64,000 nt of DNA from Phoronis australis (Eukaryota; Animalia; Phoronida). A model generated the notes under the pieces. It was not told the DNA's origin. It worked only from the letters and a program-made list of their open reading frames with translations, and did no database searches. The DNA is taken from the NCBI GenBank assembly GCA_002633005.1, contig NMRA01000038.1:643329-707328 (forward strand). Reading direction: 5' to 3'. Of the stretch, positions 34,824 through 47,686 are shown piece by piece; position 1 is the stretch's first letter; every line of letters starts with the position of its first letter. A program made the translations under genes and the position numbers.

Positions 34824-37800
34824 GTAAGTATTATACCACAAATCCTTATTTAGGATGTTCCAAATATTTGCACAAGAATCGTGGAAATTTGAGCACCAAT
34901 CAGTGGTTTTCTTACTCATGGATTAATAAAATTGTTTCTTTAGGCAATAGTCATAACAAGGCTCCCGGGTTTTGAGAACCAGTTTGATGCCCCGTTATTC
35001 AGTGGAGAAAACTGGTCCACAAAATGTAGTACCCCTATAAGAAACTATTGCCGAAAAAAAAAACAAATTAAGGATACTGGTGTAAGAAAGTTGCTGATTG
35101 GTGCTCATATTAATTCTAACTGCAGAGAAGCGACGAGTAGATTTCTCTAACTTTGACAGTATTCATATACTCCATACAGTGAGCGCGTCTCTTTCGATAA
35201 CTCATCCTGGGTTAGCTCAAGTTGCTTTCAATTTCTTCTGTAAACAGCTATTTTGTTGTTTCCGATTTGGCATATTCCCGGGCTGTGTTAAAAATCCTCG
35301 GTTCCTTTTCATTGGACACTATTTTTGTTCCACCTTGTACATAACTAAATGTCAAAGCTGAGTTACGAACGAACCGTGGAATCTTCCACTACCCCCAGGA
35401 TAGTTTTGACATTTCCGAAAAGCAAGTTCGAATATCACCTCTGTTAGGAATGTTACAAAATACACAGTTCATTGTCGTCTTGTAAAGAGTTCATCCTCCA
35501 CGTTTGTGTACATTTAAAATTCCACGCAACTTCACCATCATTTTGGTTCACGTTTTGAGGTGGTCTGGAGCTCTTGGTTTTCTGTCAGGGTAATACCAAA
35601 GATACTATATCTATAAAATCTTTGGTAATACAGCGGTGTCTAATCCCACATAATTGCGCCAGTAACCGACTGCAGTTTATTGGTTGCTTCAACAGAAAAA
35701 TTCCATGACGCTAACTTGATTTACTCAAGCTGTCCTTTATCAGCAATTTCTCGACGCATTTTTGAAGTGGACGTTACGCGTTCTCTGTGGAGCGATTACA
35801 GACTGGAAATGTTCATTTTTTCATAAAGGCGTGAAAATTGGTACAGTAGTCAATTTTGATGTGTTTGTAAAAGTTAGACTAGGTACCCATCGCTATCACT
35901 ATGGAAATAGCTGCCACAATGGATTTTCAAATATGCTCACTCAGCAATTTTCCCTTGGTATTGTATACAAAATGATTTAATTTCAAACGGTATATAACGA
36001 GCCACAAGGAGTTCATGTAAGAGATTTCATGCAAAAAAGTGGCCGCAGTCACATTACATTTCAAAATGACTGCCAGAATCTCATTGTAAGTATACTTCCT
36101 TCGGTTTTTCATCTTAAATGAGCGTAACATTGCATGTAGGCTTTGACAACAAAGTAATTTTGACTGAAAAGTTTAATCACTGGTTTACACGCGGCAAAGT
36201 ATCAGCGACACTGGATTTCAAGATGGCGGCCATAATGAGCAATGTGTGTTTTTGCTAAGTTAAGTACCACAGTTTGTGATAAAAGCATGAAAGTAGGTGT
36301 ACATGTCAATCTTGACGTGCTCAACAAAACTGGATCAAGTACCCATCGCAATCACCATGGTAGCTAGTTGTCATCATGGATATTACACATGCTGAGTCAG
36401 CAGTTTTGTCATCTCATATTTTTTGGTTTGGCATACAAAGTCATATTTTTTCAAGTCAAATCTTCCGCTACGTGCCACAAGAATTTTTTGACTAAGTGAG
36501 AACAGTGACGGTCATGTTGCATTTTAAAATTGCTCCCAACATCGTTGACAGTTGATTTGATTTGCCAATCGATTTTCCATGTAAATAACTAATTAACGTT
36601 CTGGAGAAAAGGTTCGTCATTGGTCTCTAGAGGGCACTGTAGTATAAGATGGTCACTTACTTACATTCTTAACCAATGAAACGCTGTAAATCCCTCATTC
36701 ATTGACAAAGACCTGACGGACCAGGTCGAAACGTCTGTGAACAACCTACCACGTTTCTAAGTAAGTGACCATCTTATACTACAAACTAATTAACGTGTCA
36801 GTCAGTTTGAATCCTGCAGCAGGGGACTTCCGACTTTAGCCTAAATCCCTGGACTTAAAGATTTCATGAAGGTCAGCGCGCGATAAAATACCTGACATTA
36901 TGTCCTTCTTTCCCCTAACGTTACCTAATGCCTGCGTTGACCAGAACCGATTTTACTACTTTTTGGGCATCCCATATAGTTTGAAGTCTGAGATTTTTGG
37001 ACGCGTAGTCTCATTTTACGAGACGTGCTATTTTTCATGACTTCGCTTACTTGGAAAAATACGATAATTTTGCTTGTGCCTTGTTTGAAAGTAATGTCTC
37101 ATAAATGGTGACAATTTTGATATCACATTTTCTCTCTATTTTAGGCCTGTGCGCATTACTTTGTATGCCGTGTATGCTTTGTAAAATTGCCTCGAGACTT
37201 GGCGAGAGCTGCTTAGCACCATTTACAGGTGTTGGTATTGTTGCCATGCGAACAAAATTGAGGACCATGTACGGTATTCAGGTAACCTATCTCTTTTCCA
37301 GTGTGTTATCAGAAAGTTAAAGAACTGTTATCAGTCTTTTGTTTGAGTGCTTTAAATTATCACACTTCTTCAACTGCTGCGTGTAAATTGCGTTTAAACG
37401 TAAGAATTGACGTGGCCGCTCAAGTATAAGCCCACCCCATCCCATGCCAAATGACGCCGTATTCAGGTCGCAAACTATTGTTTAACTTGCGAGATCGCCG
37501 ATGGGACGCTAGGATTGTTTTCCTTAGTAGCGTTTTTGTTGGATATAACAATACAGGTCGCACGGATATATAACTTGGGTTCACATCAGACGGTTACCGA
37601 TAAATCCTTATCATTGTCTGTATCATAAGTAAGAAAAACAACATGAAAAATGGATACGCCTATCTACCGATATCTATGCGACGAGCTTGCGACCTAGTTT
37701 CCGTGGGTAGCATCAGCCCACCCTCCACTTGCGTGTGGGTCCACCTGCTCGGGTATAAGCCCATCTTCTCTTGCCTATCAGTCTGTGTCTAGTCAACCTT

Positions 37801-40085
37801 TTCACTAGTCACTTGCTCCCAGTCGCTATGCGAGCTAGCGCAACGCTTCCAAAAAATAAATCTTGACAACGTTCATTCGTCGAATGTGAGGGCTTGTATG
37901 AAAAAGTCCGGTATAAGCCTATTCCGTTTTTGGAGATTCCTGAATTACACACCCAGCATATGGTAGTATGTAGGCTGTCAAAGTAACAAAAAGTACTGTT
38001 TTTAACTCCTTTTCCACATTCGCTTGGAAACGGACACGGATCCTGAGTTATGACCAATGAGGTTTCAACAATTGATAAACACAGGTGGCGAATTGCTCAT
38101 ATTCTTGCCTCGTTTTGGGGCTGTACACGATATGGCAATTTAGGTTGGAATGTTGTTGTTCGGTCTGTCAATATTTCTCCCACGGGCGTTCTAATTAATG
38201 GTGTCTTTTCTTACGGATTGCAGTTCCTTTCTCATTAACTGCAATTTACCTGTTACGAATCCAGTCCTTTTGCATTTCATCACAATTCTTTTCTCACGAA
38301 CGACGTACCTTTTTCTCGAAAATAAAGAATTATTATTTCGTGAGACTTCGCACTTGGTCCACCTCATAGGCAACGGCAAAACGGCAGTTATCGCTAGCGA
38401 TACATTTTGAGTGAAAATATATTGAAAACCATGTTCATACTTACTCAGATATTTTTTGATGTTTCTGATTTTATGCTCTATTCCAAAATACATTTGCTCG
38501 TATTACCAGCACAATTTAAATGTTAAAAATCGTCCATTCACAGTCACGTTTTGTTACGGTCAAGGATACAACTTTTTGGGTCAGGTGATTTGCAATTTGC
38601 ACACTTGGGACCAAAAACTAAAAGGGAGATAATTGAAGTTTTGTTAATTTTTATATCCAGGCTATTATTCACAACCAACGTACAGTTTCCACACATATTG
38701 TTTAGTACATTTAGTATTAGCCTTTAAAAAGCAAATCGGATAGAAGGTTGGATTCTATGATTTCTCCGGCATGAATATTTCGCCAGAGATTAATTAATTG
38801 CGTATGAATACGCCTAGTACTAGAGTGCGCCTGGTACTTAAGTGCACCTATAATGCTAGAGTGCGCCTAGTGCTAGGAGTGCGCCTAGTACTATCGCCGG
38901 GTGTATGCATGAGCGTGAAACGAGTTCCAGTATTGACCGTTGACATTTTATGTATGATGAAGAAAGGAATTGAGTAAATGAATGTTTCTTCATTAAAAGC
39001 ACGAATTGAAGATTCATAAGAGCATCGCGTGTGCCGAGTTTTGTCTTTTAAATCACAAAACTGGCAGTTTGACTCAAAATGTATAAGTAATGCAATGCTG
39101 CGGTACGTTACAAAAGAACTCTGTTTATGGAATGTACTATTTTTGCGATCTGTTCAAATTGGTTAATGGGTTGAATAATGTTATGTTTGGGATTTGCATC
39201 CTAGCTAACCACAAAGGATAATTGTGAAAATGACACAGTCAGGCGCTTCCACTCTTTATTCGTACTCTCGCGCTTTCTATTATCCACAACAATAATCAAT
39301 ACACTGTAAATAAGAAGTGATGCAGACCGTTGTACAAAAGTCAGTGTGTGTCATACATACTCTAGCACCTGCGGTAGATATTACACATAAATTACTGACT
39401 TTCACCGTAGGTTAATATTGTAATCTATCGACATTACGAAGTACCACGGGTACCAGCGAACGCGTATGTATCATTGTCATGTACCCTGCCTCGATAAGCA
39501 TCACAGTCTGGTGAACGTTCGAAAACGTGGTCATTTAGTCAGGCTTTTTATCAGTCAGTGCGATATGATTTGTATGCATGTTTCAACATTATTTTTCAAA
39601 CTGTATTTTATCATTTTCTGTACGTTTTGAGACAAGTTTTATTTAACTGCTGCTCTGAGTCAATGATTTCAATCGCACCATATTCCTTTTGGGAAAACCT
39701 TTATGGGATACAAAAATAGAAACACGGTTGTACTACAAAGCAAAACAAAGTGATCTGCTCGAGTGACATTGTGAGCAGTGGGCATTGTGATCACAACTCG
39801 TGTTTATTATTTGCATCACGACTCAAGTTACCCTTTGGCTGGAAAAGTATGCTTTTTGTTCTGATACACGGCCGGTTGACCTCATCCGTAATCAAATTAG
39901 AGACAACGCCTACCGTGAGGGGTTTTACACTTTCAAAAATACGAAATGAACACATTGAAACAACGATTCTTCTGATATCCTACTTTTCGTTTCAGGGTTC
40001 GATTTGCGGTGACTGTATGGCGCAGTGTTGCTGTCCTTGTACCGTCTGTCAGATGGAACGCGAACTGGATCACGTGGGTCTGTAG
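34757..40085 (+). CDS. PLAC8/cornifelin-family cysteine-rich protein, 97 aa, 3 coding exons
   Basis: Exons 34757-34823, 37145-37281, 39996-40085 (phases 1,0; 294 nt): MESQNQREWSSGLLGCCSDCKGCLCALLCMPCMLCKIASRLGESCLAPFTGVGIVAMRTKLRTMYGIQGSICGDCMAQCCCPCTVCQMERELDHVGL. PLAC8 motifs WSSGL..C..D, R..YGIQGS...DC and CQ..REL. Confidence 0.94.
35825..36545. repeat. Two diverged tandem units, period ~460 bp
   Basis: gtcaat.ttga.gtg...gtacccatcgc.atcac.atgg recurs at ~35850 and ~36306. Confidence 0.6.
36600..36783. mobile_element. 184-bp insertion with a 13-bp TSD and an internal perfect 26-bp inverted repeat (Penelope-like remnant)
   Basis: aactaattaacgt at 36587-36599 and 36784-36796; tgtagtataagatggtcacttactta at 36638-36663 is inverted at 36758-36783. 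Confidence 0.65.
37145..37281 (+). CDS. PLAC8-family coding exon 2
   Basis: ttttag|..LCALLCMPCMLCKIASRLGE...MYGIQ|gtaacc. Confidence 0.93.
39996..40085 (+). CDS. PLAC8-family last exon
   Basis: tttcag|GSICGDCMAQCCCPCTVCQMERELDHVGL*. Confidence 0.93.
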   Translation, partial: GSICGDCMAQCCCPCTVCQMERELDHVGL

Positions 40086-40448
40086 ATGACGTACCGTACC
40101 ATGCCAGTTCCAGCTTTTGGTAAAAAGTATCGCCTTTCAAGTCTTGTACCGATGTGGTTTTGCCTGTGTTAGAGGACGAATGAACATTATTTTATTAAAT
40201 TCAACTTAGGCCTTATGTTTTTATTTAAGAACGTAATTCATTTGAACAATTTATCCTGTGAGACAGTTCTTGTCAAATGCTTATACATGCTTTTGTGTGA
40301 CGGCTATGAATATAAGTTTACATCATTTGTCGTGTGTTGTGATTCCTCAACAAGATACTATCAAGGAGTGTAGTACTACACTCCTTGACACTATCTTGAC
40401 TAAGACACAAGTCGCATCTCGTTCAAGGCTGGAAAAACCTAGTCCAGC

Positions 40449-40597
40449 TTATACACACCACACTTATACAAACCACACTTACACACACCACACTTGTACA
40501 CACCACACTTATACACACCACATTTATACACACCACACTTATACAAACCACACTTATACGCACCACATTTACACACACCACACTTACACACACCACA
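40449..40597. repeat. 15-bp minisatellite (caccacacttataca), about 10 copies, ending at N
   Basis: HHTYT periodicity in the ORF track; N at 40598. Confidence 0.92.
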
Positions 40598-40598
40598 N

Positions 40599-41699
40599 GT
40601 CAAGGCCACTCGCACACTGGCTAAATTAAGGATCAGTCAAGGCCACTCGCACACTGGCTAAATTAAGGATCAGTCAAGGCCACTCGCACACTGGCTAAAT
40701 TAAGGATCAGTCAAGGCCACTCGCACACTGGCTAAATTAAGGATCAGTCAAGGCCACTCGCACACTGGCTAAATTAAGGATCAGTCAAGGCCACTCGCAC
40801 ACTGGCTAAATTAAGGATCAGTCAAGGCCACTCGCACACTGGCTAAATTAAGGATCAGTCAAGGCCACTCGCACACTGGCTAAATTAAGGATCAGTCAAG
40901 GCCACTCGCACACTGGCTAAATTAAGGATCAGTCAAGGCCACTCGCACACTGGCTAAATTAAGGATCAGTCAAGGCCACTCGCACACTGGCTAAATTAAG
41001 GATCAGTCAAGGCCACTCGCACACTGGCTAAATTAAGGATCAGTCAAGGCCACTCGCACACTGGCTAAATTAAGGATCAGTCAAGGCCACTCGCACACTG
41101 GCTAAATTAAGGATCAGTCAAGGCCACTCGCACACTGGCTAAATTAAGGATCAGTCAAGGCCACTCGCACACTGGCTAAATTAAGGATCAGTCAAGGCCA
41201 CTCGCACACTGGCTAAATTAAGGATCAGTCAAGGCCACTCGCACACTGGCTAAATTAAGGATCAGTCAAGGCCACTCGCACACTGGCTAAATTAAGGATC
41301 AGTCAAGGCCACTCGCACACTGGCTAAATTAAGGATCAGTCAAGGCCACTCGCACACTGGCTAAATTAAGGATCAGTCAAGGCCACTCGCACACTGGCTA
41401 AATTAAGGATCAGTCAAGGCCACTCGCACACTGGCTAAATTAAGGATCAGTCAAGGCCACTCGCACACTGGCTAAATTAAGGATCAGTCAAGGCCACTCG
41501 CACACTGGCTAAATTAAGGATCAGTCAAGGCCACTCGCACACTGGCTAAATTAAGGATCAGTCAAGGCCACTCGCACACTGGCTAAATTAAGGATCAGTC
41601 AAGGCCACTCGCACACTGGCTAAATTAAGGATCAGTCAAGGCCACTCGCACACTGGCTAAATTAAGGATCAGTCAAGGCCACTCGTACACTGGCTAAAT
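40599..41699. repeat. 37-bp satellite, about 30 near-identical head-to-tail copies
   Basis: gtcaaggccactcgcacactggctaaattaaggatca repeated with no spacers; by eye only the last unit has a substitution. Confidence 0.97.
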
Positions 41700-42225
41700 T
41701 TCTCAGTTAGGTAGAACTAAATTCGCACATTGTCTCAAAGGCATGCGTCAACTACACTCTTAATGGTAACTAAATCCATTTCGACTGTAAAGAAAGGACT
41801 CGTAAGCTTTTTTAAAAATGTGAAAATGGTCAAATAAAATCTTTATTTTTTCATTAAATAACCAATTTTTGTATCAATAATTCTCCAAAATACGACAGCT
41901 TGAACAAGCTCTGAATTTCGTGCCTTTGTGTAGGCCTAACAAAGTGTTACGCACTCCATGGTTTAGTGTTCACAGTTTACCACAGTAATGTCAGCCATCT
42001 ATGAATGTTACTCGTTTAAATGTTTAAAATTACATAAAGATGATGTAAAGGAAAAATTATACCTCCCGGAAAGATGATAATCATATATTATCTATGATGA
42101 CAGTCTCGGCTTGCGGCACATGAAGTTTATTTACAAGGAACTGAGGTTACACACCACTTTTCAAAGCTTCGTAACGCGGGCGTTCAGCATTTCGCGTTGT
42201 CGACTACAGGGATATCATAGAATCA

Positions 42226-42444
42226 TACGCACGAACATTCAAATGATACACACGAGCCGCCTACGACTTGAACCTGTGAATCATGCATATGAACCCATGC
42301 CCCATGCATACATACTCAAAAGGCTTGCATACGAACACAAATCATGCGCACGAACCACAAAAATTACACATACGAACACAAATCATACGCACGAACATCC
42401 GAATCATATGCACGAACCACCAAACGATAAAATGTTCGTGCATA
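42226..42444. repeat. Foldback-like element with degenerate internal catacgcacgaac repeats
   Basis: tacgcacgaacatt (42226) is inverted as aatgttcgtgcata (42431-42444). Confidence 0.55.
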
Positions 42445-43520
42445 ACTTACTTTTACTGGTTTCTAGACCTATTTTGATCATTTTTTATTTTTAGGTGGTA
42501 AGTTTTCTATTTGAAAGTTTGTAATATTCAAATAGTTTGCTCTACGTAATACGTGTGGAAAAACAATTTACGAACTTCACTTATGATAAATCAAGACGAA
42601 ATCTTATTGTGTTGGTATTTTTTCACTAAAGTAGCACATTTTATGCCTATTTACTTGTTTTGTAAAAGAACTTATAAATTTACTTGCTTATTCATTTATC
42701 TTTTTTATTCGTTTATGGTATAAGTCTACTTTGCACAGCTACAGATTTTGTCACTTGGGCTTATTTTACGGTCCCCTGGGTGAGCATGTTTTACGTAAAT
42801 GTGGGCGATTCCAAGAACATGGGTTCATTTCACGACAGGAACTAGAATTATTCCTATTTATTTATTTACTCTATTATTAGAATCTTGGCTTATATAAATA
42901 GCGATATCCCATTATGAAACTCGGTTACCACATGTTCACGAGGCGGTAAACAACTTTGCCCAGACAATCATAAATAGATCTAGGACTTTGATTAGGTAAC
43001 AATTGGCATAAATAGATCTAGGACTTTGATTAGGTAACAATTGTCATAATAAATCAAAGAAAAATTACGCAGACACCAAAGCCTAAGGTATGATTTCCGA
43101 ACAAAAGCTCCGTGTTATTTTTAACATTTTCTACCCTTCCTTAGTGCGAATTCGTGATTCACTAACATTCTGAGCTCCCTTACATTTTGGTTTATATGGA
43201 GGAATGTTTCCTAATTGTTCTCACATTTTAAAATGCCAAAAGTTCCGAGTATGATCTTGAAATCACAAGTTTGAATATGCAGTCTGTAAATAATTGCATA
43301 CAGGCGATGGCAACACAAATTCTAGGTGTCATCGAGTGTGAGCTATGGTAGAAATTAACCGTAATACTGGAGTACACAATGGTAGAGACGACACTTATCT
43401 TGAGTTCTTACCACAGTTTAAGTGAAAATGCCAGAAATAACTTGAAGAATGACCCAGGACCTGGTTTGGACTGAAGACTAAAACAATGTATATGCGTTTT
43501 CATAATTACACGTACGTTTG

Positions 43521-43589
43521 CATGGGCGGCGCACCATAGGGGTCTGGGGGGCTATAGCCCCCACTTTTTTCAGTGATGCGCCGCCCATG
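43521..43589. mobile_element. 69-bp CATGGGCG MITE, 5-bp TSD GTTTG
   Basis: gtttg|catgggcggcgc...gcgccgcccatg|gtttg. Confidence 0.85.
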
Positions 43590-45453
43590 GTTTGGAAACG
43601 GGAAATATGTTTAATGATTCTGCCAAGTGACCCACGGGATAGAATCTTAAAGGAAGTTTTTATTCGATTTGCACAAAACTACTACTCTTACGATGGATTA
43701 ATTTTACTAAGTGAACAAATCCATGATTCAAGTCTTTATAGAAAATCTCCGACTGTGACGAAGCCTGCGGAATGCCTGCTGGGGTGCGTTCATTAAAACA
43801 TGCTTGAATACAGTACAGGTCCCAGATAATGTAACACTTGTGAATCTATTGTTCGGTTCTAGGAAACAATAAACACTGTTTTGTGTTATTGTTCGAAACC
43901 TAGCTTTTGTTAAGATATTTTTAATAGTTTGCTTAGCAAACCCTGGTTACAAGGACTAACTGAAATATGAAATACCTGGAACTGGATTTGTGGTTAATTT
44001 TTGGTTGTTCAAAATACATCTTATTTTTGTTCGCCGTGGGTAAAATAAATAAGAATACACACGTGAGCAATTAAAGGAAACTCGTGATAAGAACTGTGAC
44101 AGTGGCATTAATTATAAAATAACACACCTGTTGCAACTTTAATGACAAGTGTTAGAAATCAACACCAAACACCTGTTATTGTCCTCGTATCTACAAATAC
44201 TTTATGATATCAATAAAATTTATCTACCTACAAGTAATGCTCTCGACTTATATGCAGAAACTTTATGTATTGCTGATCGTGAAAAATGTACATTTTTAAA
44301 ATGTCAATGCAATAAAAACAAAAAACTGTTTATAAGCAAAACAAAGTTGATTCTACCACTCCGTTAACAGGTGTTTTACCCACGCAAGAATCTGTGTCGA
44401 AATCTCTTCAAAACGTTTCCGATATTTGATATGTCATGACGTACCACCAACAAAGTTTATTGTGAGCGAGTCAAAGTAGGCCTAGTGCAGTAGGGTATTT
44501 TTTGTGCAAATTCTATTTCATTGTCAGAGTGAGTGCGTCACTTCATTCACACTATTGTGCCAAAATTGTTTGTGAAAAATATCAACAAACAACGAGGAAC
44601 AAAGAGTTTTGTAAAATACAGTCCTTTCAAAACACTTAACTGTTGCCACACGAAGAAAGGCTACAATACATTGTCTGCATATTGGGTGATTTATTATATC
44701 ACTGTCCTTTGTAATGAATGTAAGATCTCAAAATGTAGACTAAAGATTTTTGCGATAATCGTGATTCAGCAAATTGGAAAAGTGTGACATTTTAGCGACA
44801 CTAACATTGAACATTTGGCGACAATTTGTCGGAACAAATGAAGAAATCCTAGGTCATATTGATTTGAGAAACGATACATTGAAGATGAGACCTCCATTAA
44901 AACGATGAATCCGCGTTCACCTTCATTTAAATACCCTCACCTTGTTGACGACTTCTTGATGTTCTTTAAATCTCAATCGAAAAGTTGACATGTAATGCCC
45001 GTTATTTAGTGGCGAAAACTGGTTCTCAAAGTGTGGAATCCCCATAAGTGACTGTTTTCGAAATATTAACCAAGAGTTATCTAGTTAAGCATAGTTTAAA
45101 CTTTAAATTAAAGTACATTCCTGCAATATACTGTTTACGTCATGATCATTACATGTGGCACAGTAATTGATTCTTGTTATTAAAACACGTGCATTCAATA
45201 TACACTGATTTGTATTGGTTCCGTTGATCACGTTTCTAATCACAAACAACAAAAGCTCATTCATAACCGTATTTATCTTGAAAACAAATCTGATCACTTG
45301 CGCCACGCTATTATACGTTACACCCCCGGATGTGGACGAACATGTATATAAGTGATCATTTTCTGTGAGAGATTTCATAAATCAGCAGACGCTAATTAAG
45401 CTGGACAAATTCAGTCTGACATCGGAAAAACAAAAGTTGATCAGCAGATTGAT

Positions 45454-46368
45454 ATGGTTCTTGAAGAAGACTACGAATTCGACAATGACGATCTCCATAT
45501 CTATCCCGCTGATAAACGACTTTATGTGACCAGGATCAGGAACAAAGTGCATCGGGATCTACTGAAAAAGAATCTAACTCAGTTAGAAGAGGAACGTAAA
45601 ATGTCCGAAGCTGCATTTGACAGAGAGAAAACAATTTTGATGGACAAACTTCGCAATATCAAAGCATTTCGGCAAAACTGTAAGATCTCTGGTTCTCCCG
45701 TTGAAGACGGATCACGTGTAAAAAAGGGAAGTGTCAGTAAACTTACGGGCGTAAATCTTAGTAAAAGTGAATCAAATACGGATGCCCTGAAAAGTTCAGA
45801 AAGCAAGTTGATACTCCCAAAACTCGTCATAACGCAGTGTTCAGACTCTGAATCGACGGACGAAACGGACGGCGAAACAAGCGAATCGTCGGACTCCTCT
45901 TGTGCGTTAGGGCATTGCATGTGCGTTCGCGTGCGAGCCAGCAGCTTGGGAAGGGAAGTAGACTTAAATAAATTTCCAAGTCTTAGTCGTTTTCAGAGTA
46001 AGACTTTCCGAGCTAGAGGTTTTAAAACCTCTGATGTGGGGTCATCAAGCAATTCACTTTCGTCTGCTGGCAGCGAGGAAGTTTCAGAAAATGCTCGCAT
46101 TCCAACACCTTGGCCAGCATTTCTCAGACATCGAAGTGTGTTTCAGCCAAACGCTCTCCTGCGAATACCACCCAGATCCGACAATGAGATTCACGCAAGA
46201 ATGACTTTGAAAACATTTAATAGTACTGACGATGTCAGGAATGGCAGTGGTGCTTCAGACTTGGCACGGCATGTGCAAAGACTTTCAAACAACGGAGTGT
46301 CGTCTGCCCCAAATTCTCCTTTGTTGACGCGCAGAAAGAAGCATTCTTTACCAAATTATACAATTTAA
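45454..46368 (+). CDS. Intronless uncharacterised protein, 304 aa: N-terminal coiled coil plus Ser-rich disordered region
   Basis: Longest ORF in the window, with an upstream in-frame stop at 45397 and AATAAA at 46462. Heptad-like LLKKNLTQLEEERKMSEAAFDREKTILMDKL. Duplicated at 57771. Confidence 0.78.
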   Translation: MVLEEDYEFDNDDLHIYPADKRLYVTRIRNKVHRDLLKKNLTQLEEERKMSEAAFDREKTILMDKLRNIKAFRQNCKISGSPVEDGSRVKKGSVSKLTGVNLSKSESNTDALKSSESKLILPKLVITQCSDSESTDETDGETSESSDSSCALGHCMCVRVRASSLGREVDLNKFPSLSRFQSKTFRARGFKTSDVGSSSNSLSSAGSEEVSENARIPTPWPAFLRHRSVFQPNALLRIPPRSDNEIHARMTLKTFNSTDDVRNGSGASDLARHVQRLSNNGVSSAPNSPLLTRRKKHSLPNYTI

Positions 46369-47641
46369 AATTATGTTTTGGTGGGCATATTTCTGAATTT
46401 TTGTATTTCTTTTGTTGGTTTTGCTAGTGTCATTTTAAAACATGTGTTTATATTGAAAATCAATAAAGCAATATATAATACAATTTAAAATGTTGTCATT
46501 TGATTTGTATGCTTATGGATTCAATGTAATACTGCTAAACTGTGAGACGCGTATAGAAAAATTGACCTGTGAGATCAGTAATGGGAAGGATAGGGTTATG
46601 AAAGAAGCGTCATTGTTTGAAGTGGACATCGTTAGCAATGGCACTGCACTGAGACGAATGAGTGGTGAAGTGTACATTTTTAGAAACTGAATTAAGCTTT
46701 TACAAAAAACTTCGCTTTCTTCTTTTTTTCGTGGGGGTGTACATCTTTGTAATGTGGCAAAAACGTGAATGAGGTTTGATGTTTGACAAGCAACCCGACA
46801 GATTAAAAAAATCGTCCACCCTTCCTATTTTTGTGTCCGGCCTTCTCATGTTGGACGGTAGAGCCATTGCAAAGGGTGCAACCATTTGTATATTTGTAGA
46901 GAAACAGGAGAGCGGGATAGTGTGGGGATGAGAGGACAGGGGCTGGGAGGGGTCAACGCTGAAAGGGCTCGTGAAAACTTAAGAGAATTTGCGTTGGACA
47001 AGCGCGGTCTTGCAACAACCGTGGCCTAACGTGTCATAATCGGCAACAACGAAGTATGAATTCAAGTGGCAAGTTGAACAGAGCATGACTTTTATCAGAC
47101 AACATCAGTTGCTCGGAGCGTTTTCATAAAAAATGTTTTATGTGCAGACATGACGTCAAAAGCAAAATATCATGGTATTAAAATCACACGAACACAATGG
47201 AGTTTATTGTTAAATTGCTCTGGTCGAAGTTCATAAATTCAATAAGTCTGCTCTGCTCAACAGTTATGCGAAACATGCTTTTGTCGGCTCTTTGATTAGC
47301 GATAGTTTCCACGTCATTCATTATTCAAACTAATTCAAGGCTCCAATGATGCATAAAAGTTTTACGCCGTGCACCAACAATGAAATCACATCGTTGCCAA
47401 TGACATTGTTTTATCATGCATTCAACAAACATAGAGTGGCCAATCAATGCTGCGCAGGGGACGAATTTTGAAATTTTATGTACCTGATCAGGGTGCCTGA
47501 CATATTTCATTGAAAACACGACTACACCTTTTGTTTGAAAGCTTGATACAGAGTCGCTCGTAGTGTCTTAAAATTTCCGTTGTTCAGGTGTGCAACTATG
47601 CATCAAAACACCGGGAGACATAACAAACAAACAAATTAAAA

Positions 47642-47686
47642 CACTAGGTATATTTCGATACTGCATGTCTCTTCATCAGGCAATAA
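47642..47686 (-). ncRNA. Degenerate minimal type-I hammerhead ribozyme (Penelope-type); second copy at 59841-59885
   Basis: Minus strand ttattgc-CTGATGA-a-gagac-atgca-gtatc-GAAA-tata: core boxes, stem II and a palindromic stem III. Confidence 0.5.

Noticed and set aside
40258-40629. His-rich ORF
   Set aside because: It is a translation of the 15-bp minisatellite and crosses an N.
40599-41699. CRISPR array (37-bp repeats)
   Set aside because: The repeats are contiguous with no unique spacers, there are no cas genes, and the context is eukaryotic; it is a satellite.
45579-45920. 113-aa antisense ORF (also 57995-58246)
   Set aside because: It is the shadow frame of the plus-strand Ser-rich CDS.
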